Assembly: GCA_964409035.1 (NCBI GenBank)
Contig: CAYPBQ010000005.1
Location: 1-60,166, forward strand
Direction: 5' to 3'
Length of the DNA: 60,166 nt
From: an uncultured Candidatus Saccharibacteria bacterium
Lineage (GTDB): Bacteria; Patescibacteriota; Minisyncoccia; Phycocordibacterales; UBA12088
The position numbers and the translations under genes were made by a program. The notes beneath the pieces are model-generated. The model was not told the DNA's origin. It did not search any database and was given only the letters and a program-made list of their open reading frames with translations. Positions 1 to 9,176 of this stretch are shown piece by piece (positions within the stretch are counted from its first letter, which is position 1; each line of letters begins with the position of its first letter).

Positions 1-718
1 ACACCCCTTAGCCTAAAGCCGCACATATAAACTCGCCGGCTCATTCTTCAATAGGCATGCCGTGACGGATATTGCTACCCGCTCCGACTCCTTGTAAGCA
101 TACGGTTTCAGTTCTATTTCACCCTCCTTATCGGAGTAATTTTCACCTTTCCCTCACGGTACTGGTTCACTATCGGTCTCAATGTGTATTTAGCCTTAGC
201 GGTTAGTTCCGCCAGATTCATTCAAGCTATTCGTGTCTTGAACTACTCAGGTGTGACGACAAAAGAGACATGTTCGTTTCGTTTACAGGCCTATCACCTT
301 CTAGGGGGCTTCTTTCCAAAAGCTTCTCCTACGAACATACTTTGTAACTCTTCTAGTACAAGTACTACACCGTCATCCTACAACCCCAACGTATTACTAC
401 GTTGGTTTGGGCTCTTTCCGTTTCGCTCGCCGCTACTAAGGAAATTCCTGGAACTTCTTCACTCATAAGGCAAACATGTCGCCTCACGAGTAAAGAAGCT
501 CACTGTTGGTTTCTTTTCCTCCGGGTACTAAGATGTTTCAATTCCCCGGGTTGACGCCAAACAAAAGTTTGGCAACTGCTATGCAGTTAGGTTTCCCCAT
601 TCGGACATCGCCGGATCGAAGGTTGCTAGGCACCTCCCCGACGCTTATCGCAGCCGTGCTACGTCCTTCATCGCCACATTGAGCCAAGGCATCCACCGTA
701 TGCTCTTATCAGAACACT
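1..718 (-). rRNA. rrl: 23S rRNA, 5' portion (gene continues past the left window edge)
   Basis: The reverse complement contains conserved 23S domain I strings: ACGGTGGATGCCTTGGC, GGGGAATTGAAACATCTTAGTACCCGG and CCGATAGTGAACCAGTACCGTGAGGGAAAGGTGAAAA. The 5' end was placed by aligning from memory to E. coli 23S. Confidence 0.9.
454..498 (-). other. Extra 17-bp hairpin (expansion segment) inside 23S domain I
   Basis: RNA-sense sequence is cuucuuuacucgugagg-cgacauguuug-ccuuaugagugaagaag. All 17 positions pair, several as G-U, which only works in the rRNA-sense strand. It lies between GGAAAAGAAACCAAC and TTAGTAGCGGCGAGCG, which are nearly contiguous in E. coli (from memory). Confidence 0.6.
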
Positions 719-959
719 TCTTACGTATTCTGAAAACCGCATATGTATGCTTTTTTTTGATTGATTGCTTGCGGGATATGGTAAACGCTTACTCATATCC
801 TCGCTCGGTTTTTTCTTCCCACGTCCCACCCCTACGAAAGACCGTAACGGAGTGGGACACTCACACAGTGCGTCGAAACACTATGTGAGTTAATTTTGGT
901 ATGTGATTGTCAACGATCTTCTTCGAATACTCTTTGTACCCGAACGATCTATGAGGCGC

Positions 960-981
960 AAAAAAACCGCTTGGAGCGGTA
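960..981 (-). terminator. Rho-independent terminator-like hairpin
   Basis: Minus strand reads accgct-cca-agcggt followed by tttttt. Confidence 0.4.
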
Positions 982-1131
982 CTCGGGAGACTAGCCAACA
1001 AAGGCGTTTCTACCGAAACCGCAACATAAAGTGGTTAAAATTGATACTCATATACCGTGTGATGAGTATATAGATATGAAGGAGTAATGTCAAATAAATA
1101 TACGTATATAAAGGTAATAGATTAGTGGCGC

Positions 1132-1159
1132 AAAAAAGCCCTGTATATGGGCTTTTTTT
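1132..1159. terminator. Bidirectional terminator hairpin downstream of the 1189..1887 gene
   Basis: aaaaaagccc-tgtatat-gggctttttt, with A and T tracts on both sides. Confidence 0.6.
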
Positions 1160-1188
1160 GCTATCATCTCAATATTCACCCTAAACAA

Positions 1189-1887
1189 CTACTTCTTATT
1201 TTTTCTTTCAGAAACCTCCTTTTCAAGATGCTCGAGATAACGTGATGCCGCCTCTTGCCCCCCAAGCCCAAACGCAAGTCCGAGCGCGAGGGATATTGCC
1301 ACCACCATCCCAGTAAAGAGTGTCTGCACAAAGACGCTTGCCACATTAAGTTGATCGAGCGCCGCAAGAATTGCAATTATCCAGATTGCCCACTTTGTAA
1401 TTTTTGAGAGAAATGACGCTGACGGAATCTCTGCAGCCTTAGCAGCTCCTGAGACAATATTTTGTACCACCTCCGCAATAACTGCAGCAGCAAGAAGTAT
1501 GAGTACCGCAACAATTATTCGTGGCAAATACAACAACACTACCTCCTGTAGAAAGATGGTTACCTGCGTAAGGTTGAGCACCTCGAGTGATGCAACAAGA
1601 AACACAAGGATAACAAACCACTTCACTAGACCTCCAAGAAATTTTCCCGCATCTAGTGTAAACCCTGCTTTAGTGAGTGCGTCCTCCACACCCGCAGAAC
1701 GAAGTGCGTTGTTTATCTTGAGTGACTCCACTACTTGCTCCACCACTTTGGAGAGCCCGGCACCGATGAGCCAACCAATAAGAAGGATGACAATTGCAAC
1801 AACTATGTTTGGTAAAAACCCAATAATACCGAACCAGAGATTCTGGAACGATTGCGAGAGCACTTCTGCCCAAGTTTCAATTAACAT
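1189..1887 (-). CDS. Membrane protein with conserved-TM-helix repeats (MscS-related TM_helix family)
   Basis: 232 aa with several TM segments. Motifs FLPNIVVAIVILLIGWLIG and YLPRIIVAVLILLAAAVIA resemble the PF05552-type repeat (from memory). A terminator follows. Confidence 0.7.
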   Translation of the reverse strand: MLIETWAEVLSQSFQNLWFGIIGFLPNIVVAIVILLIGWLIGAGLSKVVEQVVESLKINNALRSAGVEDALTKAGFTLDAGKFLGGLVKWFVILVFLVASLEVLNLTQVTIFLQEVVLLYLPRIIVAVLILLAAAVIAEVVQNIVSGAAKAAEIPSASFLSKITKWAIWIIAILAALDQLNVASVFVQTLFTGMVVAISLALGLAFGLGGQEAASRYLEHLEKEVSERKNKK

Positions 1888-1986
1888 GCGCGTGAGGCGT
1901 TACCGCCTTTAGTTATGAGTAATATCCCTATAGAAAAATTATACCACAAGGAGGAATGATACCTGGATCACTTTGTGCATATAACC

Positions 1987-2595
1987 TTACCCCAATCTAT
2001 CGAGTATCACCTTGTGTGGAAAATCAAATATGTCACGTAGTAGTCTATCTTTGAGATTACGTCGATATCGATAATCAGCAGTACCAAATGTTGAGTATCG
2101 TATTTCTCTTCCTAGGTATGACTCGAGCTCTCTCACTACCTTACTGAGTTTTCCCTCTTCGATGTGTTCGCCAACAATTAGTAAATCTACTCGCCGCTCC
2201 CATTCCCCAAGAAAGACACCAGCTGTCACTACTAATTTTATTTTTCCCACATGAGAAATTTTTCGTGCAATTTCCGCGTCAGGTATAATGCTTGTTCCAA
2301 GCAAAAATTCTCTTACTGATCCAATGTAGGGAGATCGTTCATCAAGCACATATCCAGTTACTCGCTTCTTCTTTCCTTTAGCTACACCTTTGGTATCCTC
2401 TTCTTTTGTAAATGCCTTTTTTCTAATCAACCCACATCGCGAGAGTAGTCCAATTTCATACGTTGCATCATCTGAATGCACTCTGGTTCGTTCGACTATC
2501 ATCTCTTTGTCAAACGCTACCCCAGGGTTAAGTACAAAAAGTCTAAGCACCTTTGGCAAGGCTGCACTAGAAAAAAGTTTTGTCAGGAAATCCAT
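1987..2595 (-). CDS. Hypothetical protein, possible winged-helix regulator
   Basis: Long ORF. I prefer the ATG at 2595 (MDFLTKLF...) because the longer form overlaps the upstream small ORF. The N-terminal LPKVLRLFVLNPG...YEIGLLSRCGLIRKK looks wHTH-like. Confidence 0.6.
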   Translation of the reverse strand: MDFLTKLFSSAALPKVLRLFVLNPGVAFDKEMIVERTRVHSDDATYEIGLLSRCGLIRKKAFTKEEDTKGVAKGKKKRVTGYVLDERSPYIGSVREFLLGTSIIPDAEIARKISHVGKIKLVVTAGVFLGEWERRVDLLIVGEHIEEGKLSKVVRELESYLGREIRYSTFGTADYRYRRNLKDRLLRDIFDFPHKVILDRLG

Positions 2596-2690
2596 CGTCG
2601 TTTCGTTACCGGTAATTATGACCGTAGTATACCATTCAAAAATAAAAAGGTTGAAGGGGGTCATGTTGACCCCCTTCAGCTGCACCTGTA

Positions 2691-2885
2691 TCACTGATTA
2701 TCGTATATCTTTTTGCACTTATAAAACAGGGGCACGTTTAGAATAATAGAAACCGCACCGAGAAGCGGCATTTGTAGCAAAATTGCATAAATCAGCACTG
2801 CAATGAGTAGACCTGACAAAATTGCACAAGGAATAAATACCCCCGAGACAATTAGAGCTTCCCGAATGACCTCACCCCAATCCAT
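2691..2885 (-). CDS. Small hypothetical membrane protein
   Basis: About 64 aa from the ATG at 2885, with two hydrophobic helices. The longer ORF start would lie inside the rplL terminator. Confidence 0.35.
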   Translation of the reverse strand: MDWGEVIREALIVSGVFIPCAILSGLLIAVLIYAILLQMPLLGAVSIILNVPLFYKCKKIYDNQ

Positions 2886-2920
2886 AACACCCTCCACATG
2901 TTGGCCACCACGAGCATACA

Positions 2921-2967
2921 CCAAAACAAAACACACGCCCAGGGTATGGACGTGTGTTTTGTTTTGG
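2921..2967 (-). terminator. rplL terminator (17-bp stem)
   Basis: CCAAAACAAAACACACG - 13-nt loop - CGTGTGTTTTGTTTTGG, directly after the rplL stop. Confidence 0.7.
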
Positions 2968-2975
2968 TGACATTA

Positions 2976-3386
2976 TTACTTAATAGTAACTTTTGCACCT
3001 GCCTCTTCGAGCTTTTTCTTAAGCTCTTCTGCGTCTTCCTTCTTAAGCCCCTCCTTAACCATTGATGGAGCAGCGTCAACCATGTCCTTTGCTTCTTTAA
3101 GACCAAGACCGAGTACCTCCTTAACCACCTTGATGACCGCAATCTTTTGCGCGCCAGCATCGGTAAGTTCAACAGATACAGTGGTAGGTCCTGCCTCTTC
3201 AGCGTCAGCGCTTGCCGCAGGTCCTGCTACTGCTACTGCAGCTGCAGAAACACCGAACTTCTTTTCAAGCGTCTTTACAAGCTCATGAAGCTCAAGCACG
3301 CTCATGGTTTCAATACTCTCAACAAGTGCCTTAAACTTAGCTGGCACTACTACCTCCTCACCTCCCACAATAGTTTCTTCTGTCAT
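2976..3386 (-). CDS. rplL: 50S ribosomal protein L7/L12
   Basis: 136 aa with an Ala-rich hinge and a C-terminal [24 protein letters not shown]...[11 protein letters not shown]. Confidence 0.95.
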   Translation of the reverse strand: MTEETIVGGEEVVVPAKFKALVESIETMSVLELHELVKTLEKKFGVSAAAVAVAGPAASADAEEAGPTTVSVELTDAGAQKIAVIKVVKEVLGLGLKEAKDMVDAAPSMVKEGLKKEDAEELKKKLEEAGAKVTIK

Positions 3387-3407
3387 ACTGTCTTTAATAA
3401 ATTAGTA

Positions 3408-3905
3408 TTATGCGTTTGCTTCTTTCTTTTTTGCAATCTGATCTACCGCTACTGCAAATTGCTGAATAGGGGTATTGATAAGATTTACAAACTGCGCGTA
3501 CAACACCTGACGAGATGGGATAGACGCAATGTCAGTCATCTCTGCTGCAGACATGTATCGTCCTTCAAATACACCGCCAAGTATCACAAGCTCATTCTTA
3601 TGCTTCTTTGCAAAAACCTGCACACTCCTTGCTGGAGCAACAAGATCCTCGCCATAGGCAATAGCGACTTCCCCACTCATGGTTGGAGCTTCTCCTTCAA
3701 TAGTCATGGTACCAAGCACTCGCTGTATAAGCGACTTCTTAGCAACCGTGTACGAAACCCCCTCACCCTTAAGTGCAGATCGCATTGCGCTTGTTTCTCC
3801 TACGCCAAGCTTGTGGAATCCCACAAATACCACTGATCCAGCAGTATTCATTGCGCCAGAAATCTTTTCTACAATCTTTTCCTTCTTTTCTCGTGTAATA
3901 GCCAT
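3408..3905 (-). CDS. rplJ: 50S ribosomal protein L10
   Basis: MAITREKKEKIVEKI... is the typical L10 N-terminus, and the gene lies directly upstream of rplL. I prefer the ATG at 3905 over the TTG at 3911. Confidence 0.9.
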   Translation of the reverse strand: MAITREKKEKIVEKISGAMNTAGSVVFVGFHKLGVGETSAMRSALKGEGVSYTVAKKSLIQRVLGTMTIEGEAPTMSGEVAIAYGEDLVAPARSVQVFAKKHKNELVILGGVFEGRYMSAAEMTDIASIPSRQVLYAQFVNLINTPIQQFAVAVDQIAKKKEANA

Positions 3906-4085
3906 AAACAAAAAATTGCTTTATTCAAAGCAACCGAAATGGAGTGTGTCGACCACAATGCGCATAGGCGCCTTGCTTACAGTTCCTCGACCGGTCTTCT
4001 TCCAGCCCCTTTCAGCGCTAGATGCCAGTTGTCTTCGGTGCTACAGGAGCATAGTGCCACATGTAGAAAATCTATGCAAGCGAGA
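3906..4085 (-). promoter_or_regulatory. Candidate structured rplJ (L10) leader
   Basis: 180-nt untranslated spacer, visibly more GC-rich than other spacers. It ends in the hairpin tgcttt-gaat-aaagca plus attttttgttt immediately before the rplJ ATG. L10 leaders are known in other bacteria, but no covariance model was run. Confidence 0.3.
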
Positions 4086-4559
4086 CTACTTTCCCTCTAC
4101 CTCCCTCTTTCTTCCTTCTGCATACCAACCAATGAGATTAGCAAATATTGCAAAGAGTGAGCCGACTCCAGCTATTGCGAGCATGATTATAGGAAACCAT
4201 GCAAATGGTGTGTAAAAATAGAAAAAGGTTATAAAAAGTGCCGCCCACACTCCTAGGCACCATGGGCAAAGAAGTAGATCAATTGCTGTTCTTCTAAATC
4301 CTCTTGCTGGCTTTGTTCTAATTACTTCCCCACCATTTACAGAGATATCGTAAAAAAAGTCTCGAAGCCATTCGGTTATTTTGTCATACGCAAATAGACG
4401 TACCACTCTAAATACAGAAAGTGAAAGTATTATAAACTCAAATTCACTAATTGCTGTAGGTATCCCCGGGCCAGTGTACAAAAGGTACATACATATGACT
4501 AGTAGCACGGCAAAAAGTAATGATGCGGCAAAATTTTTTACTCCTTGTTCGTTACTCAT
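4086..4559 (-). CDS. DUF1360-like membrane protein
   Basis: FRVVRLFAYDKITEWLRDFF and CPWCLGVWAA motifs (family recalled from memory), plus 3-4 TM segments. ATG at 4559 preferred; the ORF is open to 4610 with a TTG start. Confidence 0.65.
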   Translation of the reverse strand: MSNEQGVKNFAASLLFAVLLVICMYLLYTGPGIPTAISEFEFIILSLSVFRVVRLFAYDKITEWLRDFFYDISVNGGEVIRTKPARGFRRTAIDLLLCPWCLGVWAALFITFFYFYTPFAWFPIIMLAIAGVGSLFAIFANLIGWYAEGRKREVEGK

Positions 4560-4727
4560 GACTAGCGGTGTTATTGCTTGCGTTCTTATTTTTTCCTGAT
4601 GTATCACCAATATAGATAACGAGAGTAAAGGTGAGAACGATAATGGTTAAGAATCCAATCAGAAAATGTAAGAAGGTTTTGTTAAAAAGATTTTTCATGG
4701 GTATGTTTGTACCCGTAGTATATCACT

Positions 4728-5480
4728 TTAAAGTTTACTGAGTAATTCTTCTATGTAGGCAACGAGTCCTTCATCACCTTGTTCTTTCGCAATGACTAAC
4801 GCTTCGTTGTATGTTTTTTTAGCGTCAGCATTTCTTCCTGCCTCATCATAGTAACTAGCAAGCAGCATAATAAGCTCGATACCCTTTTGGTTTTCCTTTA
4901 TGCCGGCAAGTAATATTTGTTCATCAGCTCCAGAACCCTGCTTATACGCATAGTGGTATAGTTCGTATAAGTTTTGAAAGGTCGCGGTGTAGTGTGGATG
5001 AGTTTTTGTTGTGGCTAACAATATCTCCTCTGCTTTTGCATACTCCTTTGTATGCAGATAGTAGAGCATGCCGATATTGTTTTTTGGAATAGCATCTTCA
5101 GGCCTTATTTTTGAAGCAAATTCCCATGCCTCAAGCGCGCCTGTGTAATCCCCTATTTGCTTTCGATAAATGCCAAGTAGTATCCAATCATCAAAGCTGT
5201 TTGGTGTCTTTCTTATGGTTGCAATAGTATTTTGAATACTCTTTCTCATATCCTCACTTGGTGCGTACTCCTCGACTGATCTAGTGAGTGAGGGCATCTG
5301 AGGTAGGTCATTCTTTGGTATGTCGGTTACTACCGTCTCTGCTGGGTTAATATCCACCTCAGTAGAAACACCCTCAGGAATAGTAGATGGCGCTACTTTG
5401 GATTGAATATATAGATACCCAAGTCCAGCGAGGAGCACAATGATTGCAATACCCCAGATAACTATTGTGCGTAGATTCAT
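4728..5480 (-). CDS. TPR-repeat protein with N-terminal membrane anchor
   Basis: TPR-like repeats (GDYTGALEAWEFASKIRPED, KEYAKAEEILLATTKTHP, GRNADAKKTYNEALVIAKE). I prefer the start at ATG 5480 because the upstream terminator occupies 5550..5585. Confidence 0.75.
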   Translation of the reverse strand: MNLRTIVIWGIAIIVLLAGLGYLYIQSKVAPSTIPEGVSTEVDINPAETVVTDIPKNDLPQMPSLTRSVEEYAPSEDMRKSIQNTIATIRKTPNSFDDWILLGIYRKQIGDYTGALEAWEFASKIRPEDAIPKNNIGMLYYLHTKEYAKAEEILLATTKTHPHYTATFQNLYELYHYAYKQGSGADEQILLAGIKENQKGIELIMLLASYYDEAGRNADAKKTYNEALVIAKEQGDEGLVAYIEELLSKL

Positions 5481-5549
5481 AAAAAATATTGTTAGTACAA
5501 GCCGATTGTAGCCAAGTATGGCGTGTATGGCAATAGGCTCAAGTATTAA

Positions 5550-5585
5550 AAACACAAAACCGCCCGAAAGGGCGGTTTTGTGTTT
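5550..5585 (-). terminator. Terminator of the giant surface-protein gene
   Basis: aaacacaaaaccgccc-gaaa-gggcggttttgtgttt, a 16-bp stem with a T-rich tail. Confidence 0.75.
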
Positions 5586-5615
5586 GACCTTTTGATCCTA
5601 GGTCTACCAATAAGA

Positions 5616-8600
5616 CTAGTTAGTCTTAGAGATAGTTACTAGATCAGAACCAGTTGAGGTTAGACCAGATACCTGGTAACCGTTGGTCCAGTCTGCTGTA
5701 CCAGCAGCTGAAGATCCTGTCGCATTTGGTGACCAGATAAAGTCATCATCTGCGTCAGCATCAACGTTAGATGCTGTTTCTACCAAAGTTGAAGCGCCGT
5801 GGTAATCAGCATCACCGCTGATTCGAGTTGATACCTGGCTGGTACCAGTCGAAGCGGTAACGTTCACGTCACCAACAACCTTGAAGTAGTAGGTCGCACC
5901 TGCTGGGATTTCGAGTACTGATGAAAGTACTGCGTTGTTATCACCAGAAGATACGAGACCAGGGATAGTTGCAACAATCTGACCATCAGTAAAGCCTGCC
6001 ACCGGTGCTGAGAATCCAGAGTTGGTGTAAGCGAATACCTTTAGGTTAGTAGTTGTAGCAGTTGAAGTAGCTACGTTAACGGTGAGCTTGTAGAGGTTAA
6101 TACCTGATCCTGAGTTATTAGCCGATATTGAGAATCGGTAAAGCTCATTAGCAGTACCCTTAACAAGTGTAGTTGAAGGAATATCGATCTTAGCGAAGGT
6201 TGGGAACGATCGGAAGATTCGTACTCCATCAGTAGCAGTGTCAGTACCAGTTACAACAACTGAAGTACCTGAACCTGTTACACCAACAGCCTTAGTGTTG
6301 CCAGCTTGGCCAACACCATCCCAGTCAATCTTAAGGTGAGCTCCTTGAGTACCAGACTGTGAAGAACCGATATTCTGGAGGTCTCCCTTAATAGTGAGCA
6401 TTACATCAGTATCCTTAGTTAGGTTAAGAGGAGATGTAAGAGATACAAGCGTAGTTGTTGCGCTTGAAGTAAATACACCCTCACCTACCTTAGTTGAACC
6501 GTTGTAAAGCATTACCTTGCCACCAACTAGGTTGTTAGCAGAGCTTGATGCAGCTGGGCTAGTGATCTGAAGTGCGATGTCCTGAAGAGAAAGGTCTTCA
6601 TTTGCAGCGCGAAGTCGAAGAACACCAAGAGTTACATCAGTAGCACCACCCGCAACAATTCTATACGCAGGACTTGATGAGTCCTTAGAAATAGTAAGAG
6701 TTGGAGTAGTTACTGTCATTACCTGTCCGTTAGCAGCAGAACCACTCTCAGTTACTGACTGACTAGATGTTACTCCAGTTGTAGTCATTGCAGCAGATGG
6801 AGTGTTGATACCCCACTGGTACTGAGATGATGAGTGCGCGCTACCTGAAAGGTTACACTTAAGTGCAAGAGTTTTAACAGTACCCTTTGGAACAACAAAC
6901 GAGTTATCAAGAGTGAATGTTGAAGTCACTGGTGAAGTCGTTGCTGAACCAGATACGTTAACTACGTTTGAACCTGTGTTAAGTGCTGTTGTTCCATCAA
7001 AGAGCTGGCAGCTCGTCATGTTGCTTGGAGCACCTGCCTTTGAATTGTCACCACCGTCGTAGTAAAGAGCGATTGATGAGAATCGAACATCTTCACCAGA
7101 TGCTGTTGCATCAAGTTGGTAGTTAGCAAATGTGAATCCTTGTACACCAGCTACAATGTTTTGTGCCGCTGGAGTACCAGACACGCTAACAGCAAGAGCC
7201 GCAGCCTTTACTGTCATGGTGTTCATTGTGAACGATGTGTTTGTGAGAGTGATGGTATCACCAGTCACTTCACCCTTTACATTTGTCCAAGATGATGGAT
7301 CGGTTGACGCGATAACGGTTGTTCCATTACCGAAGGTAGAAGGAACACGTCCCTTTATCGTGTATGTGTGCTTGCCAAGAGGCAAGGTAACCGTATCAGA
7401 GAAGGTTGCCCTTTGAACTGATGCGCTAACATACGTTGCATCAACTGGACCAGCTACCACTGCGCCGTTTTCATCAACAAGCGTAATGTTGGTCATAAGA
7501 CCGTAGCTAGAACCTGAAGATGTAGCGAAGTTAACAATCATCTGTTGTACAGTGACCGCCTCTCCCTTTACATCGATATCAAATCCGCCAAGTGGCTGAC
7601 CAGGAACATTGATAGCAATGTTCTGAGCAGGTACCTTAGCTGACTTTGAGATAGTTGATACTGAACCAGCCTCAACAGTTACTTTAGAACCATCGAAGAA
7701 TGGAGTACCAGTAGTGAACTCAGATGCAGTATCTGTTGCTGATGCTGTTGAAGCAGCGGTTGGTGTTATACCGTAACCGAATGTCTCGCCAGTCATGAAC
7801 ACATCGTTAGATTCGTCGATATCGAAGAATACGGTGCGTCCAGCAGCATTAGATCCAGTGATGTCTCCGCGAACGTATACATCTACTGAGAATCCTTCCT
7901 GGATAAGAATACCGCTACCAAAAGTAGAGGTGTAGTACTTTCCACCCTCTGAAGCAACAGTTGGGTATGAAGTACCGTCAACTACAGTAACGATGTTTGC
8001 AAGGTCAGACTCTGAAACAGAACCAGTCTGGTTCCATCGTACTGACTTTAGGCGAACATCCTCAGCTGATCCCGCAGTAACTCGGATACCAGAGAAAGTG
8101 TACCCTGTGGTACCTACTTCCTTAGTTCGAGATGTGTTTGGGTCAAATGAAGAAACGTCAAGAGTTGCAGTTCCGATTGCAAGTGTTGCATTCGTAGTGT
8201 GATTTGCTCCGTTGATTGGAAGAGTTCCAGAAACAGTCGCAGGAGTGTTAATACCTACAACCTGAAGACCTCCTACTTCACCAGCGTAAGAATCAAGTGA
8301 TGTTGGTGCATTAGCCGCAACAGTGAATGTCTTTGACGTTCCCTTTGCGATAGTGACCTTCTCACCTACGATTGCCTCGTGGTTAGAGTTAAGAGTCTTT
8401 GAAGATCCAAGCTGCATGCCGTTCTCATCAAGAAGTACTATGCCGTTGAAAGCTGACTTGTTGATAAGACCAGTTTTCTTAACAGTAACGCTGTTCATCA
8501 CAACATCACCATCAGAACCTGCAGTTACAGTAAATCGTGTGAATGGTACACGAGCTGCCTTCTCTACGAATAGAGCGTTAGCAGGCTGTGAAGCCGAACT

Positions 8601-9176
8601 CACAGAAAGACCTGTTCCTGCTGGAGCAGTTGTTCCTCCAGTTGTTCCTCCAGTCGAAGTTGAGCAAAGTAGATTTGCCTTAGCTCGAGATGAAGAGAAG
8701 AAATTCGTTGTTCCAGTAGTAAGACCAACTGGAGAAAGAATTTCAGATGCGTACTTCTCCTGGAACTTCTTTACTGCAGCACCAGTAGCTGGGCCGTAGG
8801 TTGAAGTTTCGTTTCCTGGAGAACCAGCACCGCTCGCTGATACAGTAATACCCATATCATTGAGGAATTTCTGGAGCTTCATTACATCAGTACCAGTAGA
8901 TCCAATCTTTAGGTTTGTGTTCCAAACATAAGGACATACTGATGAAGACGAAGTTGAACCAGTAGTCGATGAGCTTCCTCCCTGTGAAGAGAGAACGCTT
9001 CGAGCCTGTGCCGCCTTATCCGCAGGAATAACTTCAAGCGCGATAAAGAGTTCTACAAGCTCACCAAGTGTTACAGCTTTTGCCTTCGGTGTTGCGAGAA
9101 CAAAAGCTACGCCAGCGATCATTGCAAATGCAACGACGAGTGCAGTGATTTTTGAGCTAACTATAGTAAGTTTCAT
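5616..9176 (-). CDS. Giant secreted cell-surface protein: signal peptide, PG-binding domain and about six beta-rich repeat modules
   Basis: 1186 aa. The N-terminal signal ends AKA-VT. A PG_binding_1-like segment reads GSTGTDVMKLQKFLNDMGI...GPATGAAVKKFQEKY. The remainder is T/S/G/V-rich with a recurring motif such as VTAGSAEDVRLKSV, ATASGEDVRFSSIAL and LRAANEDLSLQDIAL. Confidence 0.85.
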   Translation of the reverse strand: MKLTIVSSKITALVVAFAMIAGVAFVLATPKAKAVTLGELVELFIALEVIPADKAAQARSVLSSQGGSSSTTGSTSSSSVCPYVWNTNLKIGSTGTDVMKLQKFLNDMGITVSASGAGSPGNETSTYGPATGAAVKKFQEKYASEILSPVGLTTGTTNFFSSSRAKANLLCSTSTGGTTGGTTAPAGTGLSVSSASQPANALFVEKAARVPFTRFTVTAGSDGDVVMNSVTVKKTGLINKSAFNGIVLLDENGMQLGSSKTLNSNHEAIVGEKVTIAKGTSKTFTVAANAPTSLDSYAGEVGGLQVVGINTPATVSGTLPINGANHTTNATLAIGTATLDVSSFDPNTSRTKEVGTTGYTFSGIRVTAGSAEDVRLKSVRWNQTGSVSESDLANIVTVVDGTSYPTVASEGGKYYTSTFGSGILIQEGFSVDVYVRGDITGSNAAGRTVFFDIDESNDVFMTGETFGYGITPTAASTASATDTASEFTTGTPFFDGSKVTVEAGSVSTISKSAKVPAQNIAINVPGQPLGGFDIDVKGEAVTVQQMIVNFATSSGSSYGLMTNITLVDENGAVVAGPVDATYVSASVQRATFSDTVTLPLGKHTYTIKGRVPSTFGNGTTVIASTDPSSWTNVKGEVTGDTITLTNTSFTMNTMTVKAAALAVSVSGTPAAQNIVAGVQGFTFANYQLDATASGEDVRFSSIALYYDGGDNSKAGAPSNMTSCQLFDGTTALNTGSNVVNVSGSATTSPVTSTFTLDNSFVVPKGTVKTLALKCNLSGSAHSSSQYQWGINTPSAAMTTTGVTSSQSVTESGSAANGQVMTVTTPTLTISKDSSSPAYRIVAGGATDVTLGVLRLRAANEDLSLQDIALQITSPAASSSANNLVGGKVMLYNGSTKVGEGVFTSSATTTLVSLTSPLNLTKDTDVMLTIKGDLQNIGSSQSGTQGAHLKIDWDGVGQAGNTKAVGVTGSGTSVVVTGTDTATDGVRIFRSFPTFAKIDIPSTTLVKGTANELYRFSISANNSGSGINLYKLTVNVATSTATTTNLKVFAYTNSGFSAPVAGFTDGQIVATIPGLVSSGDNNAVLSSVLEIPAGATYYFKVVGDVNVTASTGTSQVSTRISGDADYHGASTLVETASNVDADADDDFIWSPNATGSSAAGTADWTNGYQVSGLTSTGSDLVTISKTN

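Noticed and set aside
184-888. ORFs 184..468 and 679..888 at the left edge.
   Set aside because: They lie within or directly abut the 23S rRNA gene, so they are translation artefacts.
3147-4215. ORFs 3147..3836 (+) and 3679..4215 (+), antisense to rplL/rplJ.
   Set aside because: They overlap highly conserved ribosomal protein genes on the opposite strand and are Cys/Ser-rich nonsense.
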